Of a stretch of DNA of 64,000 nucleotides, positions 1 to 13,785 are shown piece after piece. Location of the stretch: assembly GCF_031769215.1 (NCBI RefSeq), contig NW_026782303.1:310001-374000 (forward strand), written 5' to 3'. This DNA comes from Ylistrum balloti (Eukaryota). A program made the position numbers and the translations under genes. Within the stretch, counting starts at the first letter, position 1, and each line of letters begins with the position of its first letter. The notes under the pieces were generated by a model, which saw only the letters and a list, made by a program, of their open reading frames with translations, did no database searches and had not been told where the DNA came from.

Positions 1-32
1 AAACCATGACTGTGTAATTCTTTGATTTATAG

Positions 33-185
33 GATGAGATTTTTCCGAAAATTTATGGATATCTCGAGTCCACCAATGATGGTCTGAAGGATTTTTGTGA
101 TCAATATTTCCCATTACTCAAAACGGATGTTTTGTTAGGTGTTATTAAACGTCACCATAGAGTCGAATTGGATTATCACACTTAA
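33..185 (+). CDS. Probable terminal coding exon of a gene starting upstream of the window (product unknown)
   Basis: Pyrimidine-rich acceptor (ttctttgatttatAG, AG at 31-32) followed by 50 open codons, DEIFPKIYGYLESTNDGLKDFCDQYFPLLKTDVLLGVIKRHHRVELDYHT, ending at TAA 183-185. No family motif recognised. Confidence 0.4.
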   Translation, partial: DEIFPKIYGYLESTNDGLKDFCDQYFPLLKTDVLLGVIKRHHRVELDYHT

Positions 186-3100
186 AAAGAGAACAGATAA
201 TTGTTTCTGGGAGTGCAGATATCCTCATTAACAACATTAATATACTTGAAAATAACACCGTTACGTTGTCTAATTCAATGTTCGACAAATAGTCAGGCCA
301 ACAAACCGATACTAAACAATGCTGACATCATATACCACAAGGAAATAACATATTCCGCAATGGAATTATGATGTTTATCATAATCTTCAATAACTTTTAT
401 CTTCCAAACCCTTGTAATCTGTGTGGCAACGGAAATCTCATTGACGGGAATAAGTTATCCGAAACTGGAACGCTCAGTTGAAGGTTGTTCCCGTTTGTTT
501 ATGGTCGAAGTAAGCAACGTATTGAATAATCACATTTCCAATTTACTAAGTATTTGTTAATGCTTTAGATATTGAGTCTCTACTTGTTATAGTGGCTTTG
601 AGAGCGTAATACATCGTATTCAAATTGTTCAATAGATTGCTTAAATCAGTTCATCTTTAACCAATCAATAGCATTGCAAGGGCAACATATGCGCCTACCA
701 AAAGAACTTTATACAAGGCAGCAGGGTTAAACTCACAGGTAAAATAATTTGGTAATATTAAAACGACACTGGACTTGATTATCTAGACACTTTTATAAAA
801 AGAGCAAGGTTGGTAGTGACATGTCTATGATACCTGGTTGATAACAGGATTTCGGTTTAAATTGTACCTCGTGTTAAGTTCATGGCGCATTTGGACAAGG
901 AAAGAAGTAATTGGTCCATTACCTGATTTTCTAAATTCATCTATGCTAAAGATTTTCATTTCGTAAATAACGAGTATAAGATAACATGTTAAAAAATCTT
1001 TGGATCGTTTGTTTCCGCGATAGTCATGTTGATATCATATTAAGTTTTATTAATTAATATTCTATATTTACATGTTTCATATTGATTTATTGAAAATGAC
1101 GGTTTCTGAAAGTGTTATGTTTTACTTATGTCGCCCGTCAACATATTCAGAATATTTGCCAAAAAATTTGTATCATTATCTATTTAGTGTTGGGTGAAGA
1201 ACACGTATTTAACAAGCGTCATGAGCGAGAAAATATCATCATTTTGAAAACTTCAAAAACAAAGCATGATATATGATTTAGAATTTAGTTGTTGGTAGGC
1301 AAGCCTGCAAGTGTCGTGTCTTGAATGACAGTATATCAACATCATACATATTTCCGATAACAATATATCACATTTTGTGATATATGATTTACATATTGTG
1401 CCTTGCTTTCGGGGAACAATTTCAAAATATTCCCTTATCACTGGAAAATGGTAGATTAACCGAAATTAATAGTGACCTAAAGCTACAGATGTATTATTTT
1501 AGTAATTCTAATTCGTTGTAAATCCACAAATACCAATTATTTGTCCTAATAACGTTACTACGATACGCTAATGAGCATTAAGACAATATTTATGTTTCTT
1601 ATTACGCTCTGTTTGCATTGTTGTTTAATTATAATTATCGTAAATTGAGCTTAACACTGACTAGATACTAGGATTTTCCTTGTGTTATAAAGAATATGGT
1701 CAAATGATGTCATGCACACTGCAGTATAACTAGGGATCCAGATTACAACCAAAAATATCGCTGAGAATTTAAGAAGTATTAAGATATTGATAAGCATTAA
1801 TATTTTCCTATATCAATTAACCACTTCGTTTAGGTCCAGTCGCGAATGTAAAAAGAAGGATTTACTTAACACCAGTGCCAAGGAGTTTATGAAATTTCTA
1901 CCAGTCTAGTGTTTTCAAATATCCATGATGGATGATACAATCATGCTTAATTTCAAGGCCAGGATGTACCTAATACAACCTTAAACGACGACTGATTCTT
2001 CCAAATCTCGTACACTCCACACGTCAGTAGTAATAGCTGTCACCTGTAACCTGCCGTCGAGTTTTTTTTATTGGCACCTGCCGCTCTGATCCATTACATT
2101 AGTATTTTCTGGTTCTGACAAATCCGAGTAAATGTCTAGTTTGAATTTTATGGGTTTACCCATTGTGAAATAATTTTTCCGGTCTCCATTCAAGCTTCCC
2201 GCTTGTTGTTTGTCTATTGAAAGTTAGGGCGTTGTCATCGAAACTTTAATCTTCGGTCGGTTGTGTTATAAGAAATTGCATTCTGTTGACAACCGTAAGA
2301 GAATGTTCACGAAAAAAGATGTAGCTATGTTTTTCTCATTACTTCAATATTTTTTTTTAATCAAATTTTGGTTTTTATTTCACAATAGGTTAATATTTTG
2401 AACGATATCATTCCTTAATTATTCATCTTGAATTAACAACACACAAACTACTTTAGCAACTTTGGTATAGATGCCATACTATGTGTTTCATCATATTTAC
2501 CTATTAGTTCAACAACACAAAGATTTATTATCAATGTAATCGTTTTACGTTTGGTATGTATTTCTGTATGAGTTGTATATGTTTTTTTCTCATGATGTAA
2601 CAGGCGATAATGAACAATTTTGCTTTCAATATCAATTTGGTTCAATATTTAAATGAGAAAAAAATCCTCGTATACTTTGTTATCGCCTGTTCTTTGATAT
2701 GCGAATAAATAAAATGTTGGTGAAACCAGAAGGTATTGATCTTTATTAATTATACATACTTCGTGTCCGTTTCCTTTGACGAGGCTGCATTTTATAAAGT
2801 GGCACAAGATCACAGTTCTTGCCATGAATTATCGGATATTATTACAAAAAACAAGACAAGATTATTTTAATGATATGCCGAGGTGAACATGTGACCGTGG
2901 GATCAGGTGGGTTGTGTGCACTTCCTACCATGCTTTTTTGTTTGCTTTATTTTTCGAGTCATTTCAACAGCTGAGACGATTTCCAGGACCATCGTATGAT
3001 AATGGCACTGCTCTGAAAGTTCATTACATGGTCCAGAAACATGACAGGTTATGTGATCCTGTCATATTCACGACGAACTTACCTTTGTGTCGTTTCACAA

Positions 3101-4055
3101 TCTTATAGTCGGCAACAGGATTTAATGGATTTCTCTTACATTGTTCAATTCCAATTGATACCTCGAAGTACAAAACGTTGGCGTATATTAAGGTCGATGT
3201 TTGACTCATCTCGAAACGTAAATGAATGAGATTAACACGCATTCGCGATGGAGAGCACAAATTCCACTAGCTTTCTCCTATCGCATCGTTGCGAGGATTT
3301 TATCCGAGATTCCGATTACACAATCGACTATGGAACTGTTAATATAACCAATGTCGATATTTGAAAAGGATGATGGAAAAACGAGACAAATAGGAAATCT
3401 CGTACACTCCATACGATATAGCTAATAGTTATTATCTGTAGCGTGCCATTATAAGGTCCAGAAACATTATAAGTCATGTAATCTCCTGAGTTCATGAAGT
3501 GATGACACTGAAACTAACTTTAATGACATGAAACATTTTGAAATTCAGTAAAGTTTAAGATCCGATTATGTGACTGATTATTCTAAGCAATTACCTAAGG
3601 TTTCTTATTCTATTTCTAAAAAAATAAAGTTCGTGTACAAATTAAAACCGGTTGGACTTTTAGCATTTGTTTCTAAAAGGTCAATGAATGAAATATCATT
3701 TTCCATTTCCATGAGTTGAAACATTGAAATTTTCTCATTCGTTGTATGGATTCCTCTAACATCCCTAAGAAAGACCTGATAGGTCTTATAAACAATCTGC
3801 GATGTTGAAAATTTAACTATTTGCCTGATCTTTCATTACGAATGTCAATTTCATCACGTTGACCATGAGGCCACTAACGGACGCTTTCTATGGCGCTATA
3901 ACACCCCCGGGCATCATTATACTGACAATGTGCAACTGGGGGGTTGATTCTTTTGACGTTTGACTGGAAGTACGACATAATGTAATAAATTTCTAGACGT
4001 TTTGTAGAAGATTACATTGATTGCCCTTGGATAATCGTAAAAATTGTTATACATC

Positions 4056-5170
4056 CAAGGGTTGATTGATAAGTTGTGAACTTTGTATTGAAGAAGGTAA
4101 GCAGAAATTTCATTTTCTTTAACTCTGCTGTTTTTTGACTATTTAAGGTTGTGTACCCGAAGACTGGTGTCATTTGGTCAGTTTATGTTGAAGAGGTAGT
4201 ACTTTAAAGTAAACATAGCAAGTGACTTTTGAAAAATGAACAATATGGCGGAAAAAGAGCAGTGATTCAATATTTGCATAACAAAGGTCTAGCACCTGAA
4301 GATATTCATACTGATATGGTAACAACACCAGGTATTGATGTCACTGAAAGTCAGTGAAAATGTGATTGACGGAATTAAAGCGTGACAGGCAGAGCCTGTC
4401 CTGGAAGGTCTGTCACTGTTGCAACCCCTGAAATTGTCAATACAATTCATGACATTGAGCTGTCAGACAGGCTTGTTACAGAGAAACATATAGCCAGTAC
4501 GTTGTGATTTCACAGGGAAAGGTACATTCCATTCTTAACGAAGATCTTGCAATGAGAAAACTCTCAGTCCATTTGGTACGAAGACTTCTGACAGTTGATC
4601 AGAAGCACACCAGACGGACTTTGTTGCGTGCTAATGTGAACCTTTTGGAGGTAGATCCAGCTAATTTTCTGCAGAGGTTTGTGACCACGGATGGAACGTA
4701 GGTCCATCATTTCTGTTCTATCAGCAAGTAAAGATCTGACCTCGGTTTTCTGGAATGCTGATGGCACTCTTATATTAAACTCAAGCGCCGCGAAAAGGTG
4801 TGTTGTTCCACCAGGATAGTTCCCTTGTTCACAAGTATGCTATTGCCATGGCTGCTATTAACGATTGCAGATTTGAATTGATTGAGCATCCACCATATTC
4901 GCCTGATTTCGCTCCATCAAACTTTCATCTATTTCTTAAATTGAAAAAAGGCAATTTGCAGTACCCGATTCGGTCAGTTGTTGAAGAAGCAGTGGAGGAA
5001 TTTCTGAACAGTCAAGAAAATGACTCCTTTAAAAGTGGCATTAAGGCCGTTAAACATCGCTGGCAAAAATGTATTGATACTGAAGGTGATTATGTTGAAA
5101 AATAATGCAACTTATCCGCAAAAAGTCTAACCATTAAATATGACGCTCACAACTTATCTTTTAGCTCTCG
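4056..5170 (+). mobile_element. Defective mariner (DD34D) DNA transposon with degenerate TIRs
   Basis: Broken transposase frames: RAVIQYLHNKGLAPEDIHTDMVTT (~4255-4330), SQGKVHSILNEDLAMRKLSVHLVRRLLT..RFVTTDGT*VHH (4504-4710) and FHQDS..EHPPYSPDFAPSNFHLF..WQKCIDTEGDYVEK (4800-5105), with 34 residues between the second D and the third catalytic position. Left TIR caagggttgattgataagttgtgaac (4056) matches the reverse complement of the right end (cgagagctaaaagataagttgtgagc, ending 5170, followed by TA). Confidence 0.9.
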
Positions 5171-7199
5171 TAAGTGTTGATCAATTATCATTCCGAGGAA
5201 TTAATAACGAAACATTCACAAACGTTAAGATGACATCAGACAGCACATCCGGATAGCTTAACACAAAAATGGTGGTCCACAGTTTTTGTACATATTGCAA
5301 ACTACTGAAACCGAAACGAAAACAAAATTGATTTTTTTTTTTTAAGTGATGCATTCCTATCACTGCATGATTAGGCTTTTTACGGTATATGTAAAGCAGC
5401 ATCATTAGAATAAATTTGTGAATCCAATTTAAATAAATCGGAATGTGTATTTACAAAGAATTACATGGCGGATGCCATCGGTGAAACAGAAGACGGAACA
5501 CGTGATCTTGTTCTCTTTGTAATTTTTCAGGAATCCTCTAATATTATTAATAACTTTTGAATATTGCATCTCCAGGCACGCGCGAATATTGCAAGATTCA
5601 GAACAGCTAAATTAGTAGTTCAATAAGGAAATTTTTCATCGAAAACATGTTGTTTGAACATTTGCAGTTCCAATATTGTAAAATCATATCAAATCCAATT
5701 TTCCTATCAATGTATAAAGCTTAAAAACAACCTGACGGCATTAATTTCCCTGCAACCTTATCGAAATGTGGTAATTCAGGTGAGGTCATTGACACAACTG
5801 AAAACGTGGCATAAGCTCTTCCGATGATTTCCATTAGATATGATATTAACCAACTTTTTGTTGGGGATTGATCGCAGCTCACATTTAAAGGAAATTTAAT
5901 AGCTTCTAGCTTTAGCAATCGACATCACATTTTCAGTGCTTATAGGAATACAGCTTTTTTGAAAGTTCTGTCATAACTTTTTCAGGAATCCGATATTTGC
6001 TAAAACTTTCTTTGAATCGGAAATGAAAGAGATTAAATTAAACATTAGACAAGCGAGAGGACAGGCTTTTTCATTACAAATTGAGGATTAGATAGCCAAA
6101 TGATAAATTAGTCTTCATCCTACAATTTTTTCGTCCTTCTAGGCCTAGTCAGATATGTTAAAGACCAAAATGATTGAAACCATGGAGGCGACTGAACAAA
6201 TAAACTAATTCTAAAACCAGATGAGTTGATGCAATAACCCCCGAAAATGCAATAAACTTGGCAAATTTCGATATCGAATAATCGTGATAATTAAGGGTAC
6301 ACGCTACAAAAGTCAGCATTATGCCATATTAGATACTAAATCTCGACTTATCAGAAGACGGTGCAACTGGCTGTTTTATAAAGTAACTTTAGTAATCGCA
6401 TTCAATGATATGACCGAGATAAAATCAATAAATCAATAGTTCTATACATGTTGGTCGCTCTGCTGCGTCTCAATGATTTTCCAGGTTACAGACATCACAT
6501 GATTAAAATAATAATTTCAAAACAATTTGTCATTGTCATCTGAAACAAAACGAAACGAATCCCAATAAACAGCATCAGGTATTAACAATATTTATGGTAG
6601 TATAATGACGTATCTGCAGAACAGTGCAATCAGCAGCGATCAACAGCTAGCAGTGCTCCCACACCCAGCAAATAGCTGATGAGATAAGCTAGGGGAAAAA
6701 ACTCGACAGAAATGAATATGTAACGAAACATACAAGGAAATGCGTACAGAGAGTCGACTCCTGTACGCTGTGAGGGTATTTAAGTCACGTATAAAGGTTA
6801 TAGGTCTTACCAATATGTTTGGTGCAATGAAAGATTTCTGTTGTCTGTAATATGAAATAACACTAGTATATTTACAAGGTGTGTTTTTTATTTAATCTTA
6901 AGCCGTATACATCTCCTATTTGACCCATTGTCATTGGCGATGTCACTTGCTTTCTGTGACAATGATACTGTCATGATTAGGTTCATTAGTTTCTTCTCAA
7001 TTTGGAGCTATGAATAAAATGAAATAATCAAATGACGATTTGCCGCTTTTTAATTCCTTTATCGTGTCAAACAGTTGAGATTGGCATTCCCCGTATTCGG
7101 CTGGGCCATACGTTCTCTACATATTTGTATATACGGATGAGCGAAGACCAACTTCAGCACATAACATGCAATGCGCCATTGAAAACATCGAGAGAATAC

Positions 7200-7320
7200 C
7201 GACATGGAAACATATTAATAACCAAACTCAAATTTCATCAATCTAGAGCAAAATAGGAAAAAAGAAAGATTTACACGGAGACTTATATATGAAACAGTAC
7301 GAGGAAGAATAAGACTTCAT
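7200..7320 (+). repeat. Copy of dispersed repeat family R1
   Basis: caaactcaaatt..ctagagcaaaata..aaaagaaagatttacacggaga..gaataagac matches the copies at 49205-49480, 35745-36000 and 33085-33205 (reverse complement). Confidence 0.7.
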
Positions 7321-8661
7321 TGAACAGCGTTTGATATTTTTGTGATGATGTCTAAACCTTCAGTTTGAAACAGTAAGAATATACAAAATACTTCAATTTC
7401 TAAAAACTGTCTGTCTCACAATATACAACTTACAGTGGCTTTTGTGTTTGTGGGGTCTTCCCTTAACACCAACTCTGCCTCCAACAACATGTTTTCATAG
7501 GAGGTCAGTTGTGATGATAGTGAGTTATAGTCTGGTGCAGAATTGTTGTACAGGTAACTTGTACAGGTAAATCAGAGAAGCAAGTTCTGACAACTGTTCA
7601 GTAAACTGTTAATCACTGTAAAATAAAGGAATCAAATATATTTGTAAAAAACTGTTGCAATCCCAAACTGTTAAATGGGAACTGTAGAAAAGCCCAGTAC
7701 ATTTTGGAGAATTATCTTTTTTCAATCTGCACTTTGAAGCATCACTTTCTCATTGCTTGATTTATTACTTTACTGTTGTCACACATATATAAGTTAATCT
7801 TGTACTTTTTTCAGCTCAGTTTAAAGTGTTTAATTTGAGTGAATCCCATGAGCGTCGCTAATCGCATTGGTATCGTCAACGTTATCAAAGTAGAAGACAG
7901 AAAAAAGACAGATGGTTTTGGCATTTGTATCCCTAATCGAGATGCCAACAAAGTATGTGATGGGGTAAGCAGTAGACACGATATTCCCACGTTTCTTCGA
8001 GGGTTACGAAAATATCGCAACAGCACACCGAAACATGAGCTAACTATGTTTAACATTTCGACGATCGTTTTATTATCAATTACATGTGTCCTGAAGCATT
8101 GGCAAAGATAAGCAATTAAAATGGCATTTTGTATTCTATGTCCAGTATTGAATATGGTGATACGCGCGATTGAAGTTAAATGTTTCCGAATATGGTGCCT
8201 AGTTACCGTGTCTACGTTATATTTGATCTTGATTGCACCGAGAACATCTCTGTGACCTAGTATTTGTATTGTTAGCGATGTGACCTAGTCCGTAGTGGGG
8301 ACATGGAAATCCTACAGACAGATTAGTTCTAATAATATATGTTTTAAGAAATACCCTGCCCTAGTTATCCTTATGGGGACTTTCAAGGGTTTTAAATAGA
8401 AAAAAAGGAAAACGTGTAGAGATGGTAGCATGCATACTTATTGATTTCTTTAAATGTAAAAAAGCATAACCTGATATCAAACACAACAAAGAGAATACTA
8501 ATATGTCTACAGAAATATTAATTAAGTGATAGAAATTATTAATTATTTAACGCTATTGAAGAAATATTTGATGAATAGAAAAAAAAACAACGACGAAAAA
8601 ACGAATAAAACAACATAATCATAATTCGAACTCCTGTTCGTTAGAAACGAAAACTAAATAT

Positions 8662-8830
8662 TGCGATGCTGCCGTGATTCTGGACCGCCGGACCGGTTTC
8701 TATTTTATGTGTTAGACATTGTTGATGTTTTTCCGGTTGTTCGTCGAGTTTTACCGCCATTAAAGGTTGACAAAACTCTGACGAGTTAACTTGTCATTGC
8801 ACTGGCCTCCTACAAATATTCGCGCACAAG
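8662..8830 (+). repeat. 5' LTR of Gypsy element
   Basis: tgcgatgctgccgtgatt...tacaaatattcgcgcacaag. About 8 substitutions plus one 5-bp indel relative to the 3' LTR by manual comparison; contains ATTAAA at ~8758. Confidence 0.93.
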
Positions 8831-8848
8831 TGGTGTCAGAAGTGGGAT
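8831..8848 (+). other. Primer-binding site complementary to the 3' end of tRNA-Leu(CAA-type)
   Basis: TGGTGTCAGAAGTGGGAT lies immediately after the 5' LTR. It is the reverse complement of ATCCCACTTCTGACACCA, the 3' end of eukaryotic tRNA-Leu(CAA). Confidence 0.85.
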
Positions 8849-9995
8849 TGGTTATACGCCCAGGAGGGAGTCAAAAGCCCGATTTTGTTTGTGTAATAAT
8901 GTATTGCAACTCATACCTCGGAGTGGACAGGAGTCTGCTACAGGTATAGTGTACGGTGTAAGCTAGTGTAGTGTCACATAACGACTGCTCCTTGTCTCAT
9001 TCTCCTCATTTTAGTTAAGATTATAATTAGGGAAGAGTTATTCACGTTTAACTCCAAAGCATGTCGACATATTAAATTCACGCAATTTAGGCAGTTTTCG
9101 TGCATTTTGTTTATATGAGACATGTTTTGAACTACATGTACTTTTACATTTAAATTGTTTTGGCAACAGTACTGTCGGCGTTCACTGCGAACACCGGTTT
9201 GTTTAACGAATCGTTCACAGCGAACGGTAAACTTTTCTCTTTCAGCGGTCAGAAAAAGATCTTGTAGACTACATATACTCACTCAATGTGAAAAAGCAAG
9301 GTAAATTCATAGACATTGCCGGGAGTTGTGTTAGTACTGTGAACAAAATCATTAACAATTACAAATGTGCAAGAGATTACACAGTTAAACGGAGATGCAA
9401 AATTCAGTTTATAGGGGTACTAGTTTACTCTGTGAGTCTCTACAACGACATTAAAGGTCATAAATCTCCATCTGAATTCCTCAAATCAGATGATTAAGTT
9501 GCTAGACAGGTACGGCTCTTGAATTCTAAAATTGAAAGTCTCAATACTGAACTCGGAACAGCAACACCCAAATTTAATGCTGACCTGCGTGACTGCAGAA
9601 AGAAAGGGAAAGAGCGTTATTTCATAGACTTACTAGAGGATGGTCTACATCCCGGAGAACTACTAACAAGGAAGTGGGGGTGTCGATTAAGATTGGACAT
9701 CATAAAACAGTGCTATATTGATAAGGAAGTGCTAGAAGTGGAAGTTGACAAACAGGAACTTTTAGCTTTCGAACAAGCTAAAGAGGACTAGCATGGAACA
9801 TCTTGGTGATCAGCCTCCAGAGGAACAGCTGGGGGTTCAGGATGACACGGCTTTATTTGATCCCAAGGTGGCAAATGACATGCTTCTTGTCATAATGAAG
9901 AGTTTTGAACAACGCGAAACACAAATGGGAATATTTCGTGAGGTTATGAAAGAGTTTGATGAGGAAAAAGAAAACACCTCGCGGAACATAATGAA

Positions 9996-10481
9996 ATGAT
10001 GAGGTCTTTCATGCAGGAGGCGAGTCAAGAGATCAGGAGCGCCCTGTCTCAAAAAGCACCACCATTAGCCCAGAGGTCCAGATCGCCTGCACCTTCCAGC
10101 AGACCACATTCTCCGCGACATGACTTAAAGATTACCAGGGCCAGCAGAACGGGGAAAAACATTGTTGTTCCGATAATTGTCAATGGGGAACCTACTGAAG
10201 CTGTCATCGACACGGGAGCTGACGCAAAAGTTATCTCTGACAGGTGGGCGAAAGAAGTTGGACTCAAGTATGAGAAACCGGGAACGGAAATAAAGTTATT
10301 AACAGCGGAAGACGAGGCTCAGATGACTGGGGTAGGAGTAGTCACTGCGACTTTCCAACTTGGTGAGGAAGTGAAGAAATTACCAGTGGTGATAGCCCCT
10401 ATTAGGGATAACATGCTGGTTGGTATTGACCTGCTCCAATCGGTACATGCAGCCATCCATACAGGAGAGAAAAAATATTGA
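9996..10481 (+). pseudogene. Gypsy gag C-terminal remnant plus aspartic protease
   Basis: RSRSP-rich segment followed by IIVNGEPTEAVIDTGADAKVIS and DNMLVGIDLL, the retroviral-type protease motifs. Confidence 0.85.
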
Positions 10482-13002
10482 AGTCAGTGGGAAGTTAATT
10501 CCAGGTTTCTCCCAAATGGCTGATACTGATATTGCTAGAAGTGTAGTGCGAGTTGATGCTAGCGTGGTGATTCCACCAGGAAGTGAGAAAGTGATAGTGG
10601 GTCGGTTGGAAAATCCCTCTCCATCTTCCCAGGCAATATTAGAGTCATTCAATCATCAGAGTGGGTTGCAAGTTGGATCATGTCTTGTCTGTATGAACCA
10701 AACTGTTCCTGTGAGAGTCCTTAATCTGAAGGACTGCGAGATCAAACTCTCGGAGGGCACCTTCCTAGGAACAGTTGAGGAGGTAGATGTTGACCAGAAG
10801 TTCAACAACACAGAGGAAGCTTTCCCTACTGCAGAAACAAAACATTTACAAGACTCTGTAGGTGTGGATCTAGGTGTTCCTTTACATTTGCAGGACCTTT
10901 TCTCAGAATCCTCGAATGGCCTGACAAATCCTCAGAGACAGAGACTCTGTATGCTTCTAAAGGAGTTCCCTGATATCTTTGCAAAGGACGACTACGACTT
11001 GGGCGGTGTAAAACATCGAATTGACACCGGTCAAGCAAAGCCAATACGCCAGCCAGCCATGAGAACTCCATTAGAATTCCAAGGCAAAGAAGATGCCCAC
11101 CTTCAAAAACTGATGGAAACTGGAGTTGTCATCCCATCAAGTTCCGAGTGGGCATCACCAGTAGTGCTAGTTCGGAAAAAAGACGGTGGAGTGCGATGGT
11201 GCGTTGATTACCGAAAGGTTAATGAAGTCAGTGTAAAGGACGCCTATCCACTTCCAAAAATTGAAGAGTGTCTTGACACCTTAAGTGGCGCAACAATATT
11301 TTCAACCATAGATCTGATGAGTGGCTACCACCAAATTGAAGTTGATGAAAGGGATAGGTCAAAAACTGCATTCGTAACAAAACAAGGACTCTTTGAGTAC
11401 AACAGGATGCCTTTTGGCTTGTCTAACTCTCCTTCCACTTTCCAGCGTGCAATGGAGCTAGTCCTTCGATGACTCCAGTGGTCAGTTCTCCTGATCTATT
11501 TGGACGAAGTGATAGTGGCCTCTAGATCCCTTGAGGAACATGTACAGCATCTACGCCAGGATTTTACTAGGATACGTGAACATGGTCTAAAACTCAAAGC
11601 GAAAAAGTGCTGCCTATTCAAGGAGAAGGTACTGTTCCTAGGTCATGTCATTGACGGCAGTGGGATTTCGACTAATCCAAATTTGGTGGAAGATGTCCTT
11701 AAGTGGCCAGTTCCAGGTAATTCTAAGGAGCTTCAGTCTTTCCTTGGTCTTACCAATTATTACAGGCGGTTTGTTAGGGGTTATGCCGAGATTGCTCTAC
11801 CATTACACGATCTGACAAAGAAAGATGCTAAATTTGAATGGGGAGATCGGCAAACCGAGGCATTTGAGGCACTAAAGAAGTCAATCACCGCCTCTCCAGT
11901 ACTGGCTTATCCACTTGACAACTGCAGGTTTGTTCTGGACACGGATGCATCAAACCGGAGTATAGGTGCCGTCCTTTCGCAAATCCAGAACGGAGAGGAG
12001 AAGGTTGTGGCCTATGCGAGGAGAAGATTGACTCCCGCCCAAGAAAAATACTGTGTGACACGACGGGAACTTCTTGTAGTTGCAGCTTTCTGTACACATT
12101 AATGCACAACCTTCTCGGCCGTAGGTTCTCACTGCGAACAGATCATAGCAGCCTGTATTGGATCTTCCGCTTCAAATCACCACAAGGACAACTAGCAAAG
12201 TCCAAAAGAGCTCCATGAAGAGCAAATGCAAGATGAGGATCTAAAAACTTTGCATGCCATAGTATGCAATGGAGAGACAATGGCCGAGGAGGAGGCCCAG
12301 GCCAGTAGTCCCGCCCTGCAGAAATACCTGCTTACTTTCCCACTACTCAAACTGGTACAGGATGTCCTCTACTACCAATGGGAGGATGCTGGACAGGAGT
12401 CACTGCGACTCCTGGTACCGTTTAAACTAAGGAAGGAAGTCATGCAGGCCTGTCATGGGGCCATATTCTCAGGTCACCAGGGGGAGAAGAGAACCCTTGA
12501 GCGAGTGAAGAAAAGCTTTCACTGGCACAGCATGTCAACAGATGTGGCCATATTTGTCAGAAAATGTCATGCCTGTGCCTCAGAGAAAAAGAACACAAAG
12601 ACAATGAGAGCATCTCTCCAGACCTACATCAGTGGGGCACCTATGGATAGATTACAGCTGGATATCGTTGGCCCTTTTCCATCCAGTGATGCTGGGAACA
12701 AGTATATACTTGTCATTATAGACCAGTTTACCAAATGGGTGGAGGCCTACCCAATCGGGCAACAGGACAGCGAGACGACTGCTAGGAAATTGGTAATGGA
12801 GTTCATATCTAGATATGGGGCACCTCTGGAGATCCATACCGACCAAGGCAGGAACTTCCAAAGTTCTCTGTTTAGGGAGGTATGCCGACTTCTTGGAGTA
12901 ACACAGACCAGGACAACTCCGTACCATCCTTCTTCCAATGGACAGGTTGAGCGATTCAATCGCACACTGCTTCTGATGATAAGGTGCTATCTAGACCATT
13001 GA
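10420..13002 (+). pseudogene. Gypsy pol remnant (RT, RNase H, integrase) with stops and deletions
   Basis: In-frame TGA at 11470-11472; YLDE in place of YLDD; frameshift near 12100; deletion after QGQLAK (~12200); integrase core with D,D,E motifs ends at TGA 13000-13002. Confidence 0.92.
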
Positions 13003-13773
13003 CAGGCACATTGGGACGAAAACATACCGCTTCTCTTATCAGCGTACAGAAGTACACCACACCCTGCTACTGGGTTTACACCGAATCGCCTTATGCTGGG
13101 CAGAGAGGTCCATGCCCCTTCCGACCTGATTTACAGGAATCTTAAGACATTGCGGGATCCTAACGATCCCCCCACCTATCTTGATAGGTTGTTAGAGGGA
13201 ATACACCTAAATGAGCAGGTAGCAAGAAAGACTTTGAAGGCTTCACAGGTCCACCAGAAAAGATTATACGATTTATGCGCTAGGGAAAGGAAGTGCGAAC
13301 TTGGAGACCTGGTACACGTAAAGAACTAGTCAAGAACAGTGGGTCAGTCCCCAAAGCTTCAGCCTGTTTGGAAAGGTCCTTTTGTGACCACCAAAAAGTA
13401 TGGCCCTGTCGTGTATGAAGTAAGTGACCGCAAGAAGGTGTCTGTTCTTCACTACGATCGTTTGAAGCGTTACTTATCGGATGTCGTCCCAGCCTGGGTC
13501 ACCAAGTTGAAACACACCCTTGACACTTCTGTGCTTCCTACAATTGTTGAGGAAGACCACCCTTCCCCTGATGTAAAGGAAATAATGACAGGCAGGGAAG
13601 TAATCCCTGTTGGGCAGCAGTTCCCCCCATCATATCTGCTCTGATCCGAGGGCATTCCTGCCAGCTGGGACTTCCTTACAACAGCCAGAACAGGATGGAC
13701 GAACTTCTCGTTTTGGACGGAAATATAAGGAACCTATTCGACTTGACCTTTCGTGGGAGCTAAAAGAAAACCT

Positions 13774-13785
13774 AGAGGGGGATGG
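13774..13785 (+). other. Polypurine tract of the Gypsy element
   Basis: agagggggatgg directly abuts the TG start of the 3' LTR. Confidence 0.85.

Noticed and set aside
2890-3260. Possible two-exon minus-strand fragment joined by a ~70-nt GTAAGT..TTTCAG intron (3083-3013)
   Set aside because: No recognisable domain, no clear upstream acceptor or start, and the region partly duplicates 3450-3500; could be chance.
6676-6712. CTGATGAG...CTCGACAG hammerhead-like motif
   Set aside because: GACA instead of GAAA, only a 2-bp stem II, and no convincing stems I or III.
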